From assembly GCA_963770325.1 (NCBI GenBank), contig CAVYPF010000003.1, forward strand, positions 52,439 through 116,438: a DNA stretch of 64,000 nt. The letters are read 5' to 3'. Under the pieces are notes generated by a model that worked only from the letters and a program-made list of their open reading frames with translations, had not been told where the DNA came from and did not search any database. A program made the translations under genes and the position numbers. Every line of letters starts with the position of its first letter. Position 1 is the stretch's first letter. Below are positions 7,731 through 17,378 of this stretch, piece by piece. Source of the stretch: an uncultured Thermoleophilaceae bacterium (GTDB lineage Bacteria > Actinomycetota > Thermoleophilia > Solirubrobacterales > Thermoleophilaceae).

Positions 7731-10700
7731 CTAGCGCGGCTCGCGCTCGAGGCCCAGCCGGTGGGCCAGCGCCGCGGCCTGCGTGCGGCTGCGCACGTCG
7801 AGCTTGGACAGGATGCGCGACACGTGCACGCTGGCCGTCTTCTCGGCCATGAACAGCGTCTCGCCGATCTCGCGGTTGGTCATCCCCTCCGCGAGCAGCG
7901 CCAGCACCTGGCGCTCGCGCGGGGTGAGGCCGAAGGGATCGTCCTCGGCCGCCGCGGCCGGCTTGGGCGCGGCCCCGTTGCCGTCGCGCTCCAGGCGCAG
8001 CCGCGCCCGGGCGACGAGCCCCTCCAGCTCCGACTCCAGCCAGAGCGCGCCCAGCCGGTGCGCCTCGGCCAGCGCCGTGGCGGCGGTCACGGCTGCCTCC
8101 TCCCGCTCGCCGCGCGCCACCTGGGCGTCGGCCCGGCGCCAGTGGCAGAGCGCGACCTCATAGGGGCGCTCGATCAGGTTCCAGGCCTCGGCGGCGGCAC
8201 TCCACAGCTCGGGGTCGGAGCGGCCCTCCACGCGGCTCATGTGGCCCTCGGCGGATGCCAGCCACGCTCGCTCCACCGGCCGCTCGCCCTCAGCGGCGGC
8301 GCGCACGCGCGCGAGCATCATCTCGCCGTTCGACACGGCACGCGAGGGGTCCTCGCCGAGATCGCGGTAGCGCTGCGCGGCCTCCGCCTCCACCCGCACG
8401 CCGACGGCCGCCAGGCGCACGATGCGACCGGCGTCCTCCGTACAGAACTCGATGCGGTCGAGCGAGCTCTCCACCACGTCGCGGGCGCCGTCGATGTCGC
8501 CCTCGCGCACGCGCAGCTCGGCAGCGAGCGCGCCCCAGACGCCGATGAACTGGGGCTCGGTGGACTCGGCGACGATGCTCGCCGCGCGCTCCAGGCGGTC
8601 GCGTGCAGTGTCCTCGTCGCCGTAGGCGAGCGCCATGGCGGAGCGCTGGAGCAGGGGGAACAGCTCGCGCGCCCCGCCCGTCCGGCGCTCGCTGGCGGGC
8701 ATGGCGGCTTCCGCCACCTGCCAGTTGCCGAGGGCCCAGTTGAACTCCGCGATCACCACGTTCAGCCACTCCACCGTCTGCGCGAGCTCGCTGATCACGC
8801 GCTGGCCCTCCTCCACGATCGCCAGGCCCTCGCGGGTGCGGCCGCCCATGTGCAGCGCGTCGGCGAGGTTGCCGTAGGCGCTGTCGAGCTCGCCGATGTT
8901 CTCGCGCTCGCGCGCGATCTCCACCGCGCGCCGCAGCTCCGCGGCGCCGCCCTCGACGTCGCCCATCGCGGCCAGCGCGATGCCACGCGCGTTGCGGGCC
9001 CGGCCCTCGGCCAGCGTGTCGCCCTCGGCCGCGTCGATCGCGAGGTCGGCCAGCTCGAGCGTCTCCTGGTAGCGCCCCTGGAGCATCCTCACCTTCGCGA
9101 AGAAGCCCAGCAGGCGGGCGCGCTCGCGGCTGCGGTCGCCCTCCGGCAACAGCGCCAGCCCGCGCGTGATCGTCTCCACGGCGTCGTTGCCGCGGTTGAG
9201 CGACCAGCGCGAGCGCGCCAGGATCTCGAGCAGCGCGGCAGCCTGGTGCGGCTCGGCCTCCTCGTCCAGCAGGTCGAGCGCACGCTCGGCGAGCGTCTCG
9301 GCGCGCATGAAGTCGCCCTCGGCGCGACGCTCCGACGCGGCCCAGCGAAGCAGGCCCACGCGGTCGGTGCCGGCCAGCCGCTCGGCGTCCGGCACCCGGT
9401 CCCAGAGCTCGATGGCCCGCTCCAGCAGCGCCGCCGCCTCGCCGTGCGCATGAACGGCGTCCGCTGCATCCGCGGCCCTGACGGAGGCCTCGAGGGCGTG
9501 CGCCTGCTCGCCGGCGACGAAGTAGTGGTGGGCGATCCCGGCCGTGACGAACGCGCCGTAGCCCTGACCCTCCGCGCGGCGCTCCAGCGCGCGCGCGAGC
9601 GCCAGGTGGAGGTCGGCGTGCTCGCCCGGCAGCAGGTCGTCGTGCACCACCTCGCGCAGGAGGGCGTGGCGGAAGCGGTAGAAGCCGTCCTCGCCCGCGG
9701 CCACGATGTGGCTGGCCACGGTCTCGCGCAGGGCCGCGCGCAGCCGCGTCGCGTCCATGCCGCTGGCGTCCGCCAGCAGCGATTCGTCCAGGCGGCGCCC
9801 GGCCGCGAGCACCCGCAGGATCTCCTGCGCGTCCTCGCTCAGGCGCTCGATCCGCACCATCAGCGCGTCGCGCAGGGTCGGTGGCAGCGCGCCGCGCCCG
9901 TCCAGCCCGGCGGCCAGCAGCTCCTCGGTGAAGAGCGGGTTGCCCTCGCTGCGCATCCAGAGCCGCTCCAGGAGCGCGGCATCCGGCGGGGCGCCCAGGA
10001 TGTCAGCGAGCTGCTCCCCCAGCTCGTCCCGGGTGAGCGGCAGCAGCTCGATGCGGCGCGCCGCGGGGTTGCGCTCCAGCTCCGCGAGGAGCGGCCGCAG
10101 CGGGTGACGGCGATGCAGCTCGTCGGGCCTGTAGGTGGCCACCACCAGCACGCGCTCGGAGGTGAGGCTGCGGGCGAGGAACGTGAGGAAGCCGCGTGTG
10201 GAGCGATCGGCCCAGTGGATGTCCTCGATCGAGAGGATCAGGGGCTGCTCCCGACCGAGCGCGTCGAGCAGCGCCAGGAGCGCCTCGAACAGCCTGCCCT
10301 GAGCGGCGTCGTCGCGCTCGGCGCGCTCCGCCGGCTCGGCTTTGGCCGGGGCAAGCCCGGGGACCAATGCCCCGAGCTCGCCCCGCACGGCCTCGGGGAG
10401 AGCGGCCGCTACGGGGTCCTGCTCCCGTGCCAGTGGGCGGAGAGCCGCTACAAGCGGTGCGTACGGGAGCTCGCCTTCGCCGAGCTCGACACAGTCTCCG
10501 CAGATCACGCGCGCGGGCGGGTCACCATCGCCCGCGCGCAGTTGAAACTCAACGAGAAGCCGGGTCTTGCCTACGCCCGACTCACCCGCTACGAAGACTA
10601 TGGAGGGCCTTCGGGCTGCCGCGTCGGCCAAAGCGGCTTCCAGCTCCGCGAGCTCGATCCCGCGGCCTACTACTCGTGCGCTCATGACCCGGGTCGCCAT
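7731..10700 (-). CDS. Large ATP-binding LuxR-family regulator (LAL/MalT-like: P-loop NTPase + TPR-like repeats + C-terminal LuxR HTH)
   Basis: Walker A GESGVGKT, a long helical repeat region, and a C-terminal ..LTPRERQVLALLAEGMTNREIGETLFMAEKTASVHVSRILSKL. Start set at MATRV (10700); 10685 or 10826 are possible. Confidence 0.85.
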   Translation of the reverse strand: MATRVMSARVVGRGIELAELEAALADAAARRPSIVFVAGESGVGKTRLLVEFQLRAGDGDPPARVICGDCVELGEGELPYAPLVAALRPLAREQDPVAAALPEAVRGELGALVPGLAPAKAEPAERAERDDAAQGRLFEALLALLDALGREQPLILSIEDIHWADRSTRGFLTFLARSLTSERVLVVATYRPDELHRRHPLRPLLAELERNPAARRIELLPLTRDELGEQLADILGAPPDAALLERLWMRSEGNPLFTEELLAAGLDGRGALPPTLRDALMVRIERLSEDAQEILRVLAAGRRLDESLLADASGMDATRLRAALRETVASHIVAAGEDGFYRFRHALLREVVHDDLLPGEHADLHLALARALERRAEGQGYGAFVTAGIAHHYFVAGEQAHALEASVRAADAADAVHAHGEAAALLERAIELWDRVPDAERLAGTDRVGLLRWAASERRAEGDFMRAETLAERALDLLDEEAEPHQAAALLEILARSRWSLNRGNDAVETITRGLALLPEGDRSRERARLLGFFAKVRMLQGRYQETLELADLAIDAAEGDTLAEGRARNARGIALAAMGDVEGGAAELRRAVEIARERENIGELDSAYGNLADALHMGGRTREGLAIVEEGQRVISELAQTVEWLNVVIAEFNWALGNWQVAEAAMPASERRTGGARELFPLLQRSAMALAYGDEDTARDRLERAASIVAESTEPQFIGVWGALAAELRVREGDIDGARDVVESSLDRIEFCTEDAGRIVRLAAVGVRVEAEAAQRYRDLGEDPSRAVSNGEMMLARVRAAAEGERPVERAWLASAEGHMSRVEGRSDPELWSAAAEAWNLIERPYEVALCHWRRADAQVARGEREEAAVTAATALAEAHRLGALWLESELEGLVARARLRLERDGNGAAPKPAAAAEDDPFGLTPRERQVLALLAEGMTNREIGETLFMAEKTASVHVSRILSKLDVRSRTQAAALAHRLGLEREPR

Positions 10701-10922
10701 GACCCCAGTATTGCGCTGGTACCCGCTGTCCCGATCCCGCGTCGCGGAGGGTCGGGAAGCTGGCGCCGATGAAGTGCTTGTGAAGGTCGCTGTACATGGT
10801 TCAGTCCTCTCTTCGAAGCCCGGCATCTCGGACTCCTCATGTTGGACTGCGACCCGCCGTTCGACATCGGGAGAATGCCGACACTTTCGAGGCCCGACCC
10901 CTTAGTTGTGGACCGGGACCCC

Positions 10923-13154
10923 TTAGGGCGCTGCGACCACGACCGGGTAGCGCTCACGGATGTTGTAGAGCGTGTCCCGCTCCGCTGCAGGGCGCCCTGC
11001 AGCGTGCGCCGCGGCAATCAGCTGGTCGGCCGTGAGCAGGGTGCCGTGGTAGGAGCCCGCCATGCGGCTGATCGACTCCTCCATCAGCGTGCCGCCGAGG
11101 TCGTTCACGCCCCAGCGCAGCGCCTCTGTCGCGGCGTCGAGGCCCATCTTCACCCAGCTGGCCTGTACGTTGCGGATAGTCCTTCCAAGCGCAAGGCGGA
11201 AGACCGCGGTGTGCTTGAGGTTCTCCTCGCGCGAGATCTCCTCGATCCCGTGCGTGCGGCCGAGCAGCGTGTGGAACGGGATGAACGAGAGCGGCACGAA
11301 CTCGGTGAAGCCGGCGGTGCGCTCCTGCAGCTCGCGCACGACCCGCATGTGCTCGGCCAGCTCCCAGGGCTCCTCCACGTGGCCGAACATCACGGTCACG
11401 GTGGAGCGGATGCCCACGGCATGCGAGGCCTCGATGATCTCGACCCAGCGGGCCACCGGCAGCTTGTTCGGCGAGATGCGCTCGCGCACGCCGTCGTGCA
11501 GCACCTCGGCGGCGGTGCCGGGCGTGGAGCCCAGGCCGGCCTCGCGCAGGCGCTCGAACACCACACGCGGCGGCAGGCCGCTCTGGTCGCACATGTGCGA
11601 GATCTCCATGGGCGAGTAGGCGTGCATGTGGATCTCGGGCGCGACTTCCTTGGCCAGGCGCAGCCAGCCCTCGTAGTCCTCGAGCTGCCATTCCGGGTGG
11701 ATGCCGGACTGCATGCAGATCTCGGTGGCGCCGAACTCCACCGCGTCCTCTACGCGCTTGATGAAGTCCTCGCGCGAGTGCTCGTAGGCGTCCGGCGAGC
11801 GCTTGCCCTGGCCGAAGCCGCAGAAGGCGCAGCCGACGATGCAGACGTTCGACACGTTGATGTTGCGGTTCACGACGAACGTGACCGTGTCGCCCGCCAG
11901 CTCCTCGCGCAGCTCGTCGGCCGCCTCGCGCATCTCCTCGATCTGCTCGGGGCGCGTCTCGGCGAACATCGCCGTCAGCTCATCCTCGCTCAGGGCCAGA
12001 CCGTCGCGCGCCTTCTCGATCGCCCCCGGCACCAGGTCGTGCCGGATCGTGCGCTCCTCGCGCCTGCCCGAGCCGCGGCGTGGGATGAAGCTCCAGTACT
12101 TGACCTTGATCACGTCGAGCACGCCCTGCTCGACCCACTCGGCGTCCATGTACTGCGGGTAGACGCAGAGCCGCTCGGTGAGCGCGTAGCCCTGCGGCGC
12201 CAGCTCCTTGCGCATCCGGTGCACCGACGGGAACGGGTGCTCGGGCGAGATGTGATCCCCGTTCGCCGACAGCCCACCGAGATCCGTCGCGCCCTCCTCC
12301 ACGAGCGGCAGCCACCAGTCCGACAAGTTGGGAGGAATCTGGATCCCAACCCCTGGCAGGATCCGCTGCGCCTCCCGAACGAGCAACTTCATGTCGTCCA
12401 GGGAAATCGGATTGGCCCAGTCGGGTGTCGGGGGTCGGGTGTCGGTTGTCGGGGCTCCAGCCTGTGTGCGCTCGGCAATCTCCGCCGGCTCGGCGCCGTA
12501 GTAGCGCGGATGCGCGACGAAGTTCTGGAGGATCACTTCCTGAATGTGCCCGTACTCCCGCTGCAGCTCGGCGAGCGCCTCGAGCGACGCGATCCGGTCC
12601 TCCAGCGACTCGCCGATCCCCACGAGGATCCCGCTCGTGAACGGGATCCGCAGCTCGCCGGCGGCGCGGATCGTCTCCAGGCGCACGTCGGGGTGCTTGG
12701 TGGGCGAGCCCTGGTGGACCACCAGATCTGGGTTCACCGACTCGAGCATCAGGCCCTGCGAGGCGGTGACCTCTCGCAGCCGCGCCAGGTCCTCGCGCGA
12801 GGCCGCGCCGATGTTGGTGTGGGGCAGCATCCCGCGCTCCAGCGCGCGCTCGCAGGTCCAGGCCACGTATGACGTGAAGTCCTCGTGCCCGTACTCGCCC
12901 AGGCGCCGCGCCACCTCGGCGTTGACCTCGGGGCGCTCCCCCGTGAGCACGAGCAGCTCCTTCACCCCGCGGCGAGCGGCGTCGTCCAGCATCCGCTCGA
13001 CCTCGTCAGGCGCGTACAGGTGTGCCTGGTGTGTCGCAAAAGCGCAGTACTTGCAGTAGCACTGGCACGTGCGGGAGAGGGAGACCGTGAAGTTCCGCGA
13101 GAAGGTGACCCGCCGCATCGGTCCAGGCAGTGTAGGCATAGCCTTCGCCGACAT
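10923..13154 (-). CDS. fbiC: FO synthase, fused CofG+CofH radical-SAM domains
   Basis: Two radical-SAM cysteine motifs (CQCYCKYCAF and CIVGCAFCGF) and full-length collinearity with FbiC. Start uncertain (13154, 13139 or 13118). Confidence 0.9.
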   Translation of the reverse strand: MSAKAMPTLPGPMRRVTFSRNFTVSLSRTCQCYCKYCAFATHQAHLYAPDEVERMLDDAARRGVKELLVLTGERPEVNAEVARRLGEYGHEDFTSYVAWTCERALERGMLPHTNIGAASREDLARLREVTASQGLMLESVNPDLVVHQGSPTKHPDVRLETIRAAGELRIPFTSGILVGIGESLEDRIASLEALAELQREYGHIQEVILQNFVAHPRYYGAEPAEIAERTQAGAPTTDTRPPTPDWANPISLDDMKLLVREAQRILPGVGIQIPPNLSDWWLPLVEEGATDLGGLSANGDHISPEHPFPSVHRMRKELAPQGYALTERLCVYPQYMDAEWVEQGVLDVIKVKYWSFIPRRGSGRREERTIRHDLVPGAIEKARDGLALSEDELTAMFAETRPEQIEEMREAADELREELAGDTVTFVVNRNINVSNVCIVGCAFCGFGQGKRSPDAYEHSREDFIKRVEDAVEFGATEICMQSGIHPEWQLEDYEGWLRLAKEVAPEIHMHAYSPMEISHMCDQSGLPPRVVFERLREAGLGSTPGTAAEVLHDGVRERISPNKLPVARWVEIIEASHAVGIRSTVTVMFGHVEEPWELAEHMRVVRELQERTAGFTEFVPLSFIPFHTLLGRTHGIEEISREENLKHTAVFRLALGRTIRNVQASWVKMGLDAATEALRWGVNDLGGTLMEESISRMAGSYHGTLLTADQLIAAAHAAGRPAAERDTLYNIRERYPVVVAAP
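12421..12454. repeat. Tandem 7-nt repeat (TCGGGTG-like, ~4.7 copies) inside fbiC
   Basis: Plus strand reads tcgggtg tcggggg tcgggtg tcggttg tcgggg. It encodes PTTDTRPPTPD on the minus strand. The same heptamer family occurs in the intergenic element at 33171-33280. Confidence 0.6.
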
Positions 13155-14106
13155 GCGCTCACGCGTCGTCCTACTGCTCCTCGTTGGCGGGTTCGCCATC
13201 GCCGGCTGTGGCGGAGGCGGCTCCAGCTCGCCCGAGCAGATCCGGCTGGCCCTCGACTTCACGCCCAACGCAGTGCACGCGGGCATCTACACCGCGCTGG
13301 CGCAGGGGCTCGACAAGAAGCACGACGTGAAGCTGGTGGTGCGCGCGCCGTCCGCCTCCACCGACTCGCTCACGTTGCTGCGCACCGGTCGGGCCGACCT
13401 CTCGATCGTGGACATCCACGACCTGGGACTGGCGCGGGAGAAGGGCGAGGACCTTGTGGGAGTGGGCGCGCTGGTCACGCGGCCGCTGGCCGCGGTGATC
13501 GGCGGAGCGAGCGTGACGCGCCCGCGCGACCTGCAGGGCCGGCGCGTGGGCGTGACCGGCCTGCCGTCCGACAACGCCGTGCTGAAGGCCGTCGTTCAGG
13601 GCGACGGCGGCGACTACTCACGGGTCAAGCCCGTGACGATCGGCTTCTCGGCGGTGCCCGATCTGATCGCCGGGAAGGTGGCCGCCGCCACCGCCTTCTG
13701 GAACGCCGAGGGCGTGACCCTGAAGCAGCGCGGCGTGAACACGCACGACTTCCGCGTGGACCAGTACGGCGCGCCGCCCTACCCGGAGCTCGTGATCGTG
13801 ACCAAGCGCAGCACGCTGGAGGCCAAGCGACCCCAGATCGAGAACGCGCTGGCCGCGATCGCCGCCGGCGACCGCGCCGCGCTGGCCAATCCGGGCGCCG
13901 CCGTGAACCCGCTCGTGAAGGCGTCGCAAGCGGACCCGGCCCTGATCCGCGCCGAGCTGGCGGCCGTGCGGCCCGTGCTGTCCCCCAACCTGGCCCTCAA
14001 CCGCGCCGTGCTGGAGCAATGGGCCAACTTCGACCAGCGCTTCGGCATCCTGAAGACGAACGTCGACGTGGCGAAGGCGTTCGACTTCTCGGCGAGCTCG
14101 AGCTAG
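13153..14106 (+). CDS. ABC transporter substrate-binding lipoprotein (NMT1/THI5-like, NitT/TauT family)
   Basis: Lipobox LLLVGGFAIAGC, then IRLALDFTPNAVHAGIYTALAQG.., typical of NMT1/THI5-like binding proteins. Confidence 0.8.
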   Translation: MRSRVVLLLLVGGFAIAGCGGGGSSSPEQIRLALDFTPNAVHAGIYTALAQGLDKKHDVKLVVRAPSASTDSLTLLRTGRADLSIVDIHDLGLAREKGEDLVGVGALVTRPLAAVIGGASVTRPRDLQGRRVGVTGLPSDNAVLKAVVQGDGGDYSRVKPVTIGFSAVPDLIAGKVAAATAFWNAEGVTLKQRGVNTHDFRVDQYGAPPYPELVIVTKRSTLEAKRPQIENALAAIAAGDRAALANPGAAVNPLVKASQADPALIRAELAAVRPVLSPNLALNRAVLEQWANFDQRFGILKTNVDVAKAFDFSASSS

Positions 14107-14744
14107 AGCAGCCGCCGCTCGGCCGCCCAGGCCGACAGCTCGTGGCGGCTCGAGAGCTGCAGCTTGCGCAGCACCGCCGACACGTGAGCCTCCACGGTCT
14201 TCGTGGAGATCGAGAGCCGGCGCGCGATCTCCTTGTACATGTAGCCGCGGGCGATGTGCTGGAGCACCTCGCGCTCGCGCGGCGTGAGCTGATCCAGCGT
14301 CGCGTCGGACTCCGGCGCCGGCGCCTCGCCGGCGAAGGCGTCGAGCACGAAGCCCGCCAGCCGCGGCGAGAACACGGCGTCGCCCTCGTTCACGCGCCGC
14401 ACCGCGTCGGCCAGGTCCTCGCTCGAGATCGTCTTGGTCACGTAGCCGCGCGCGCCCGCGCGGATCACCGCGATCACGTCCTCGGCGGCGTCGGACACCG
14501 ACAGCGCGAGGAAGCGCGTGTCGGGCCGCTCGGCCGCCACTCGCCGGATCACCTCCACCCCGCCGCCGTCCGGCATGTGCACGTCGAGCAGCACCACGTC
14601 GGGCGAGGTCTCGAGGATCGTGGCCACGGCGTCGTCCACGGTCGCGGCGTCGCCGGCGATCTCCACCAGGCCCTCCAGCTCAGAGCGCACGCCCGCCCGG
14701 AACAGCTGGTGATCGTCCACGATCACGATTCGCGGCGTCCTCAT
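14103..14744 (-). CDS. NarL/LuxR-family response regulator
   Basis: Receiver domain (IVIVDDH..VVLLDVHMPDGGG) plus a C-terminal LuxR HTH (LTPREREVLQHIARGYMYKEIARRLSISTKTVEAHV). Confidence 0.9.
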   Translation of the reverse strand: MRTPRIVIVDDHQLFRAGVRSELEGLVEIAGDAATVDDAVATILETSPDVVLLDVHMPDGGGVEVIRRVAAERPDTRFLALSVSDAAEDVIAVIRAGARGYVTKTISSEDLADAVRRVNEGDAVFSPRLAGFVLDAFAGEAPAPESDATLDQLTPREREVLQHIARGYMYKEIARRLSISTKTVEAHVSAVLRKLQLSSRHELSAWAAERRLL

Positions 14745-15967
14745 GGCAGCTCGCGCTCCAGCACCAGCTCCACCTCGGTGCCGCCGCCCTCAGGCGCCCT
14801 GATCTCTGCGCGCCCGCCGTGGCGCTCCATCCGCCCGACGATCGACTCCCGCACGCCGCGCCGGTCCGGCGGCACGGCGGTCGGGTCGAAGCCGGGACCG
14901 CGGTCGCGGATGAAGATCTGGAGGCGCGCGGGCTCGGCCTCCGCGTAGACGTCCACGGTCGAGCCGTGGCCGAACTTGGCCGCGTTCAGCATCGCCTCGC
15001 GCGCGGCCGCCACGATCGCCTCCCCCCCGGGGTCGAGCGGCACGTCGCCCACCGCCACCACGTCGATCGGCACGCCCTGCGCGCGCTCGATCTCGTCGGC
15101 CGCGTCCTCGAGCGCATTGCTGAGGCCCCCGCCGTCACCTGCCTCCGCCGTTCGCCCCGACAGCCACGAGCGCAGCTCGCGCTCCTGGCGCCTGGCCAGC
15201 GCGGCCACCTCGCGCGGGTCGTCGGCGCGCTTCTGCATCAGGGCGAGGGTCTGGAGCACGGAGTCGTGCAGGTGCGCGGCCATCTCCGCGCGCTCCTGCG
15301 AGCGGATCCGCTCGCCCCGCTCAGCGGACAGCGAGCGGGCCAGCCGCGCGATCCAGGGGAAGAAGATCACCCCGAGCCCCACCGCCACAACCAGCACGGC
15401 GAGCACAACGTCGCGCGCCGCGCTGAGCGAGCCGGTGGCCTGAAGGAACACCACGCCCGCAGCGATCACCAGCGCCACGCCCAGCCCGGTGCGCGATATG
15501 AGTGCGTTCCGCTGCGCCTTCGCGGCCCGCGGCTCGGCCTCGTCGGCCGCCTCGGGCTCACCGACCGCCGCGGCGGACTGGCGCCAGAGCAGCGCCGCGC
15601 CCGCGGCCACAAGCACCACCGGCCACACCACGGCGTCGGAGAACCAGATGCCCAGGCCGCGCAGCGCCAGCAGCAGGCTCAACAGCAGGAGGCCGGCGCC
15701 CGCGCCCACCTCGATCGCCGCGCGTCCCGCACGCCGTGGCCGCACCTGCGCCGCGCCGGCCTCGGCCGGGATCAGCACAAGGCAGAGCACGTACACCACC
15801 AGGCCGAACCCGCCGGCGGCGGTGGCCACCACGAAGGCGATGCGGATCGGCAGCGGATCGACGCCGAAGTAGCGCGCGATCCCAGCGCAGACGCCGCCTA
15901 TCAGGCGGCGCTCGGGGTCTCTGCGCACTGCCTTCCGGGTCGGGGCTGCCGACTCCACGACGCCCAT
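14741..15967 (-). CDS. PspC-domain sensor histidine kinase
   Basis: N-terminal PspC motif (RRLIGGVCAGIARYFGVDPLPIRIAFV), several TM segments, a His box (AAHLHDSVLQTL) and an HATPase region. Start overlaps the response-regulator stop. Confidence 0.85.
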   Translation of the reverse strand: MGVVESAAPTRKAVRRDPERRLIGGVCAGIARYFGVDPLPIRIAFVVATAAGGFGLVVYVLCLVLIPAEAGAAQVRPRRAGRAAIEVGAGAGLLLLSLLLALRGLGIWFSDAVVWPVVLVAAGAALLWRQSAAAVGEPEAADEAEPRAAKAQRNALISRTGLGVALVIAAGVVFLQATGSLSAARDVVLAVLVVAVGLGVIFFPWIARLARSLSAERGERIRSQERAEMAAHLHDSVLQTLALMQKRADDPREVAALARRQERELRSWLSGRTAEAGDGGGLSNALEDAADEIERAQGVPIDVVAVGDVPLDPGGEAIVAAAREAMLNAAKFGHGSTVDVYAEAEPARLQIFIRDRGPGFDPTAVPPDRRGVRESIVGRMERHGGRAEIRAPEGGGTEVELVLERELP

Positions 15968-15976
15968 CTTGGCCGA

Positions 15977-16159
15977 TCAGCCTCGCCGCGTGAGGCCCAT
16001 GGCCAGCAGCGTCGCCCCGACCGTCGCGCATACCACCGGGGCAAGCGCGGCGAAGCGGAGGCTGATCGCGCCGGTGCTGTCCAGCAGCACCAGCACGCCA
16101 AGCACGGCGATTCCCGCCCCCGCGACGATCGAGGCGATGTCTAACCTAGCGCGAGGCAT
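15977..16159 (-). CDS. Small two-TM membrane protein of the PspC module
   Basis: MPRARLDIASIVAGAGIAVLGVLVLL..LAPVVCATVGATLLAMGL. Sits between the PspC protein and the PspC kinase. Confidence 0.45.
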   Translation of the reverse strand: MPRARLDIASIVAGAGIAVLGVLVLLDSTGAISLRFAALAPVVCATVGATLLAMGLTRRG

Positions 16160-17295
16160 TTGGCACCTCGCATCCGTTGTTGAGGCCACTCGGAGGCTGA
16201 GGCGGGAAGGGTCCGCGGCGATTGTGGTCGTAGACCGCGTCGGGGTTGTCGGTGATCAGGACCTGACCCACTCCGACGTCGGCGTCAAGCACCACCCGGG
16301 CGTTGCCTGCCGCGGCGGCGCGGCTCGTCACTCCAGTCCACGTCCACGCCGCCGTGTCCGACCTCGAAGGCGCGCACCTCGCCGATACCGACCTTCGCCC
16401 GGGTCGCCACGCAGACGTTGTCGGGCACGATCAGCGCCGCCTGGCCGGCGCCGACCTTCAGCTTCAGCGACCGGTCGCCCGGCGGCAGGTTGGCCTGGCG
16501 CAGGTCCACCACCAGGCGGCCGGCGCCCACGCGGTAGCTGTCCCGCACCTGGGCGGCCGAGACGGGGTTGTACTCGCGGTCCCCGGCGCCTCCGTGGAGG
16601 TCGATGCCTGCCGCGGAGACGGCGGCCACCGGCAGCGCGAGGGCCAGCGCCGGGAGGATCAGCCAGCGCGCGCCGCCCCTGAAGGCGGCGAAGGCCAGCG
16701 CGGCCCCCGCGGCGATGATCACCACGGCCGCGATCGTCGCGCCGCCGGTGCCGGCGAGCCAGGCACCGCCGACGGCGAGGATCGCGCTCGCGATCAGCAC
16801 CAGGAGTCCGCGCAGCAGGCGCTGGCCGGCGTTGGTGGCCGCGTCGCGCTCCGGGCGCTCGGCGCTGATCAGCCACCAGATGCCGAGGCCGACCACCAGG
16901 ACGATCCCGACCGGCCACGCCAGCCAGAAGTGGAACGGCCCGTGCGAGAGGATCGATCCACCCGCCACCACCAGCAGCACAATGCCGGTGAGGGCCAGGC
17001 CGCGCTGGGGCAGGTTGCGCTGGCCCTGCGGGTCGCCGTCGGTGGGCACGAGCAGCACGGCGGCGAGGTAGAGGAGCGCGCCGGCGCCGCCGAAGAAGGT
17101 CAGCGCGACCGCCGCGATCCGGAACAGCACCGGGTCGACGTCGAAGTAGCGGCCGAGGCCGGCGCAGACGCCCGCGATCACGCGGTCGTCGCGGCTGCGG
17201 AGCAGCCGGCGCGGAGCGGGCGGCTGCTCGCGCGTGGGCTGCTCGTCGGGCTGGTCACCCGGCGGTAGCTCTGGTCTGTTCTGCTGCTCGTCCAT
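16146..17295 (-). CDS. PspC-domain membrane protein with LiaF-like C-terminal region; apparent frameshift near 16300-16335
   Basis: PspC motif RVIAGVCAGLGRYFDVDPVLFRIAAV plus TM segments. The track ORF stops at 16285, but the expected C-terminal strand (ARVVLDADVGVGQVLI) continues in another frame down to 16146. Confidence 0.7.
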
Positions 17296-17378
17296 GCGAT
17301 TCCAATCGTTCAGTTTGGTTGCATGGACAGGGTCGCCGCCGGAGCGGCTCCCCACAATTGGGAATTGCCCCTAGGGGT

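Noticed and set aside
7761-10772. 1003-aa ORF on the plus strand. Similar very long track ORFs include 10839-12872, 12885-14948, 6219-7709, 22097-24283, 48700-50640 and 54737-56386.
   Set aside because: Their translations are Arg/Ala/Gly/Pro-rich low-complexity strings typical of off-frame or antisense reading of GC-rich genes. In each case another frame or strand encodes a recognisable conserved protein (LAL regulator, FbiC, CofC/CofE, MFS pump, YyaL, sigma factor).
10895-10926. Direct repeat GACCCCTTAG x2 (21-nt spacing) at the fbiC stop, considered as a regulator site or att-like repeat.
   Set aside because: It is short and present as a single pair, one copy contains the stop codon, and no flanking mobile genes are present. 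The evidence is insufficient.
13069-13152. Possible TPP riboswitch ahead of the NMT1/THI5-like binding-protein gene.
   Set aside because: No CUGAGA/ACCCUG-type conserved core is present. The space is occupied by the fbiC N-terminus on the other strand.
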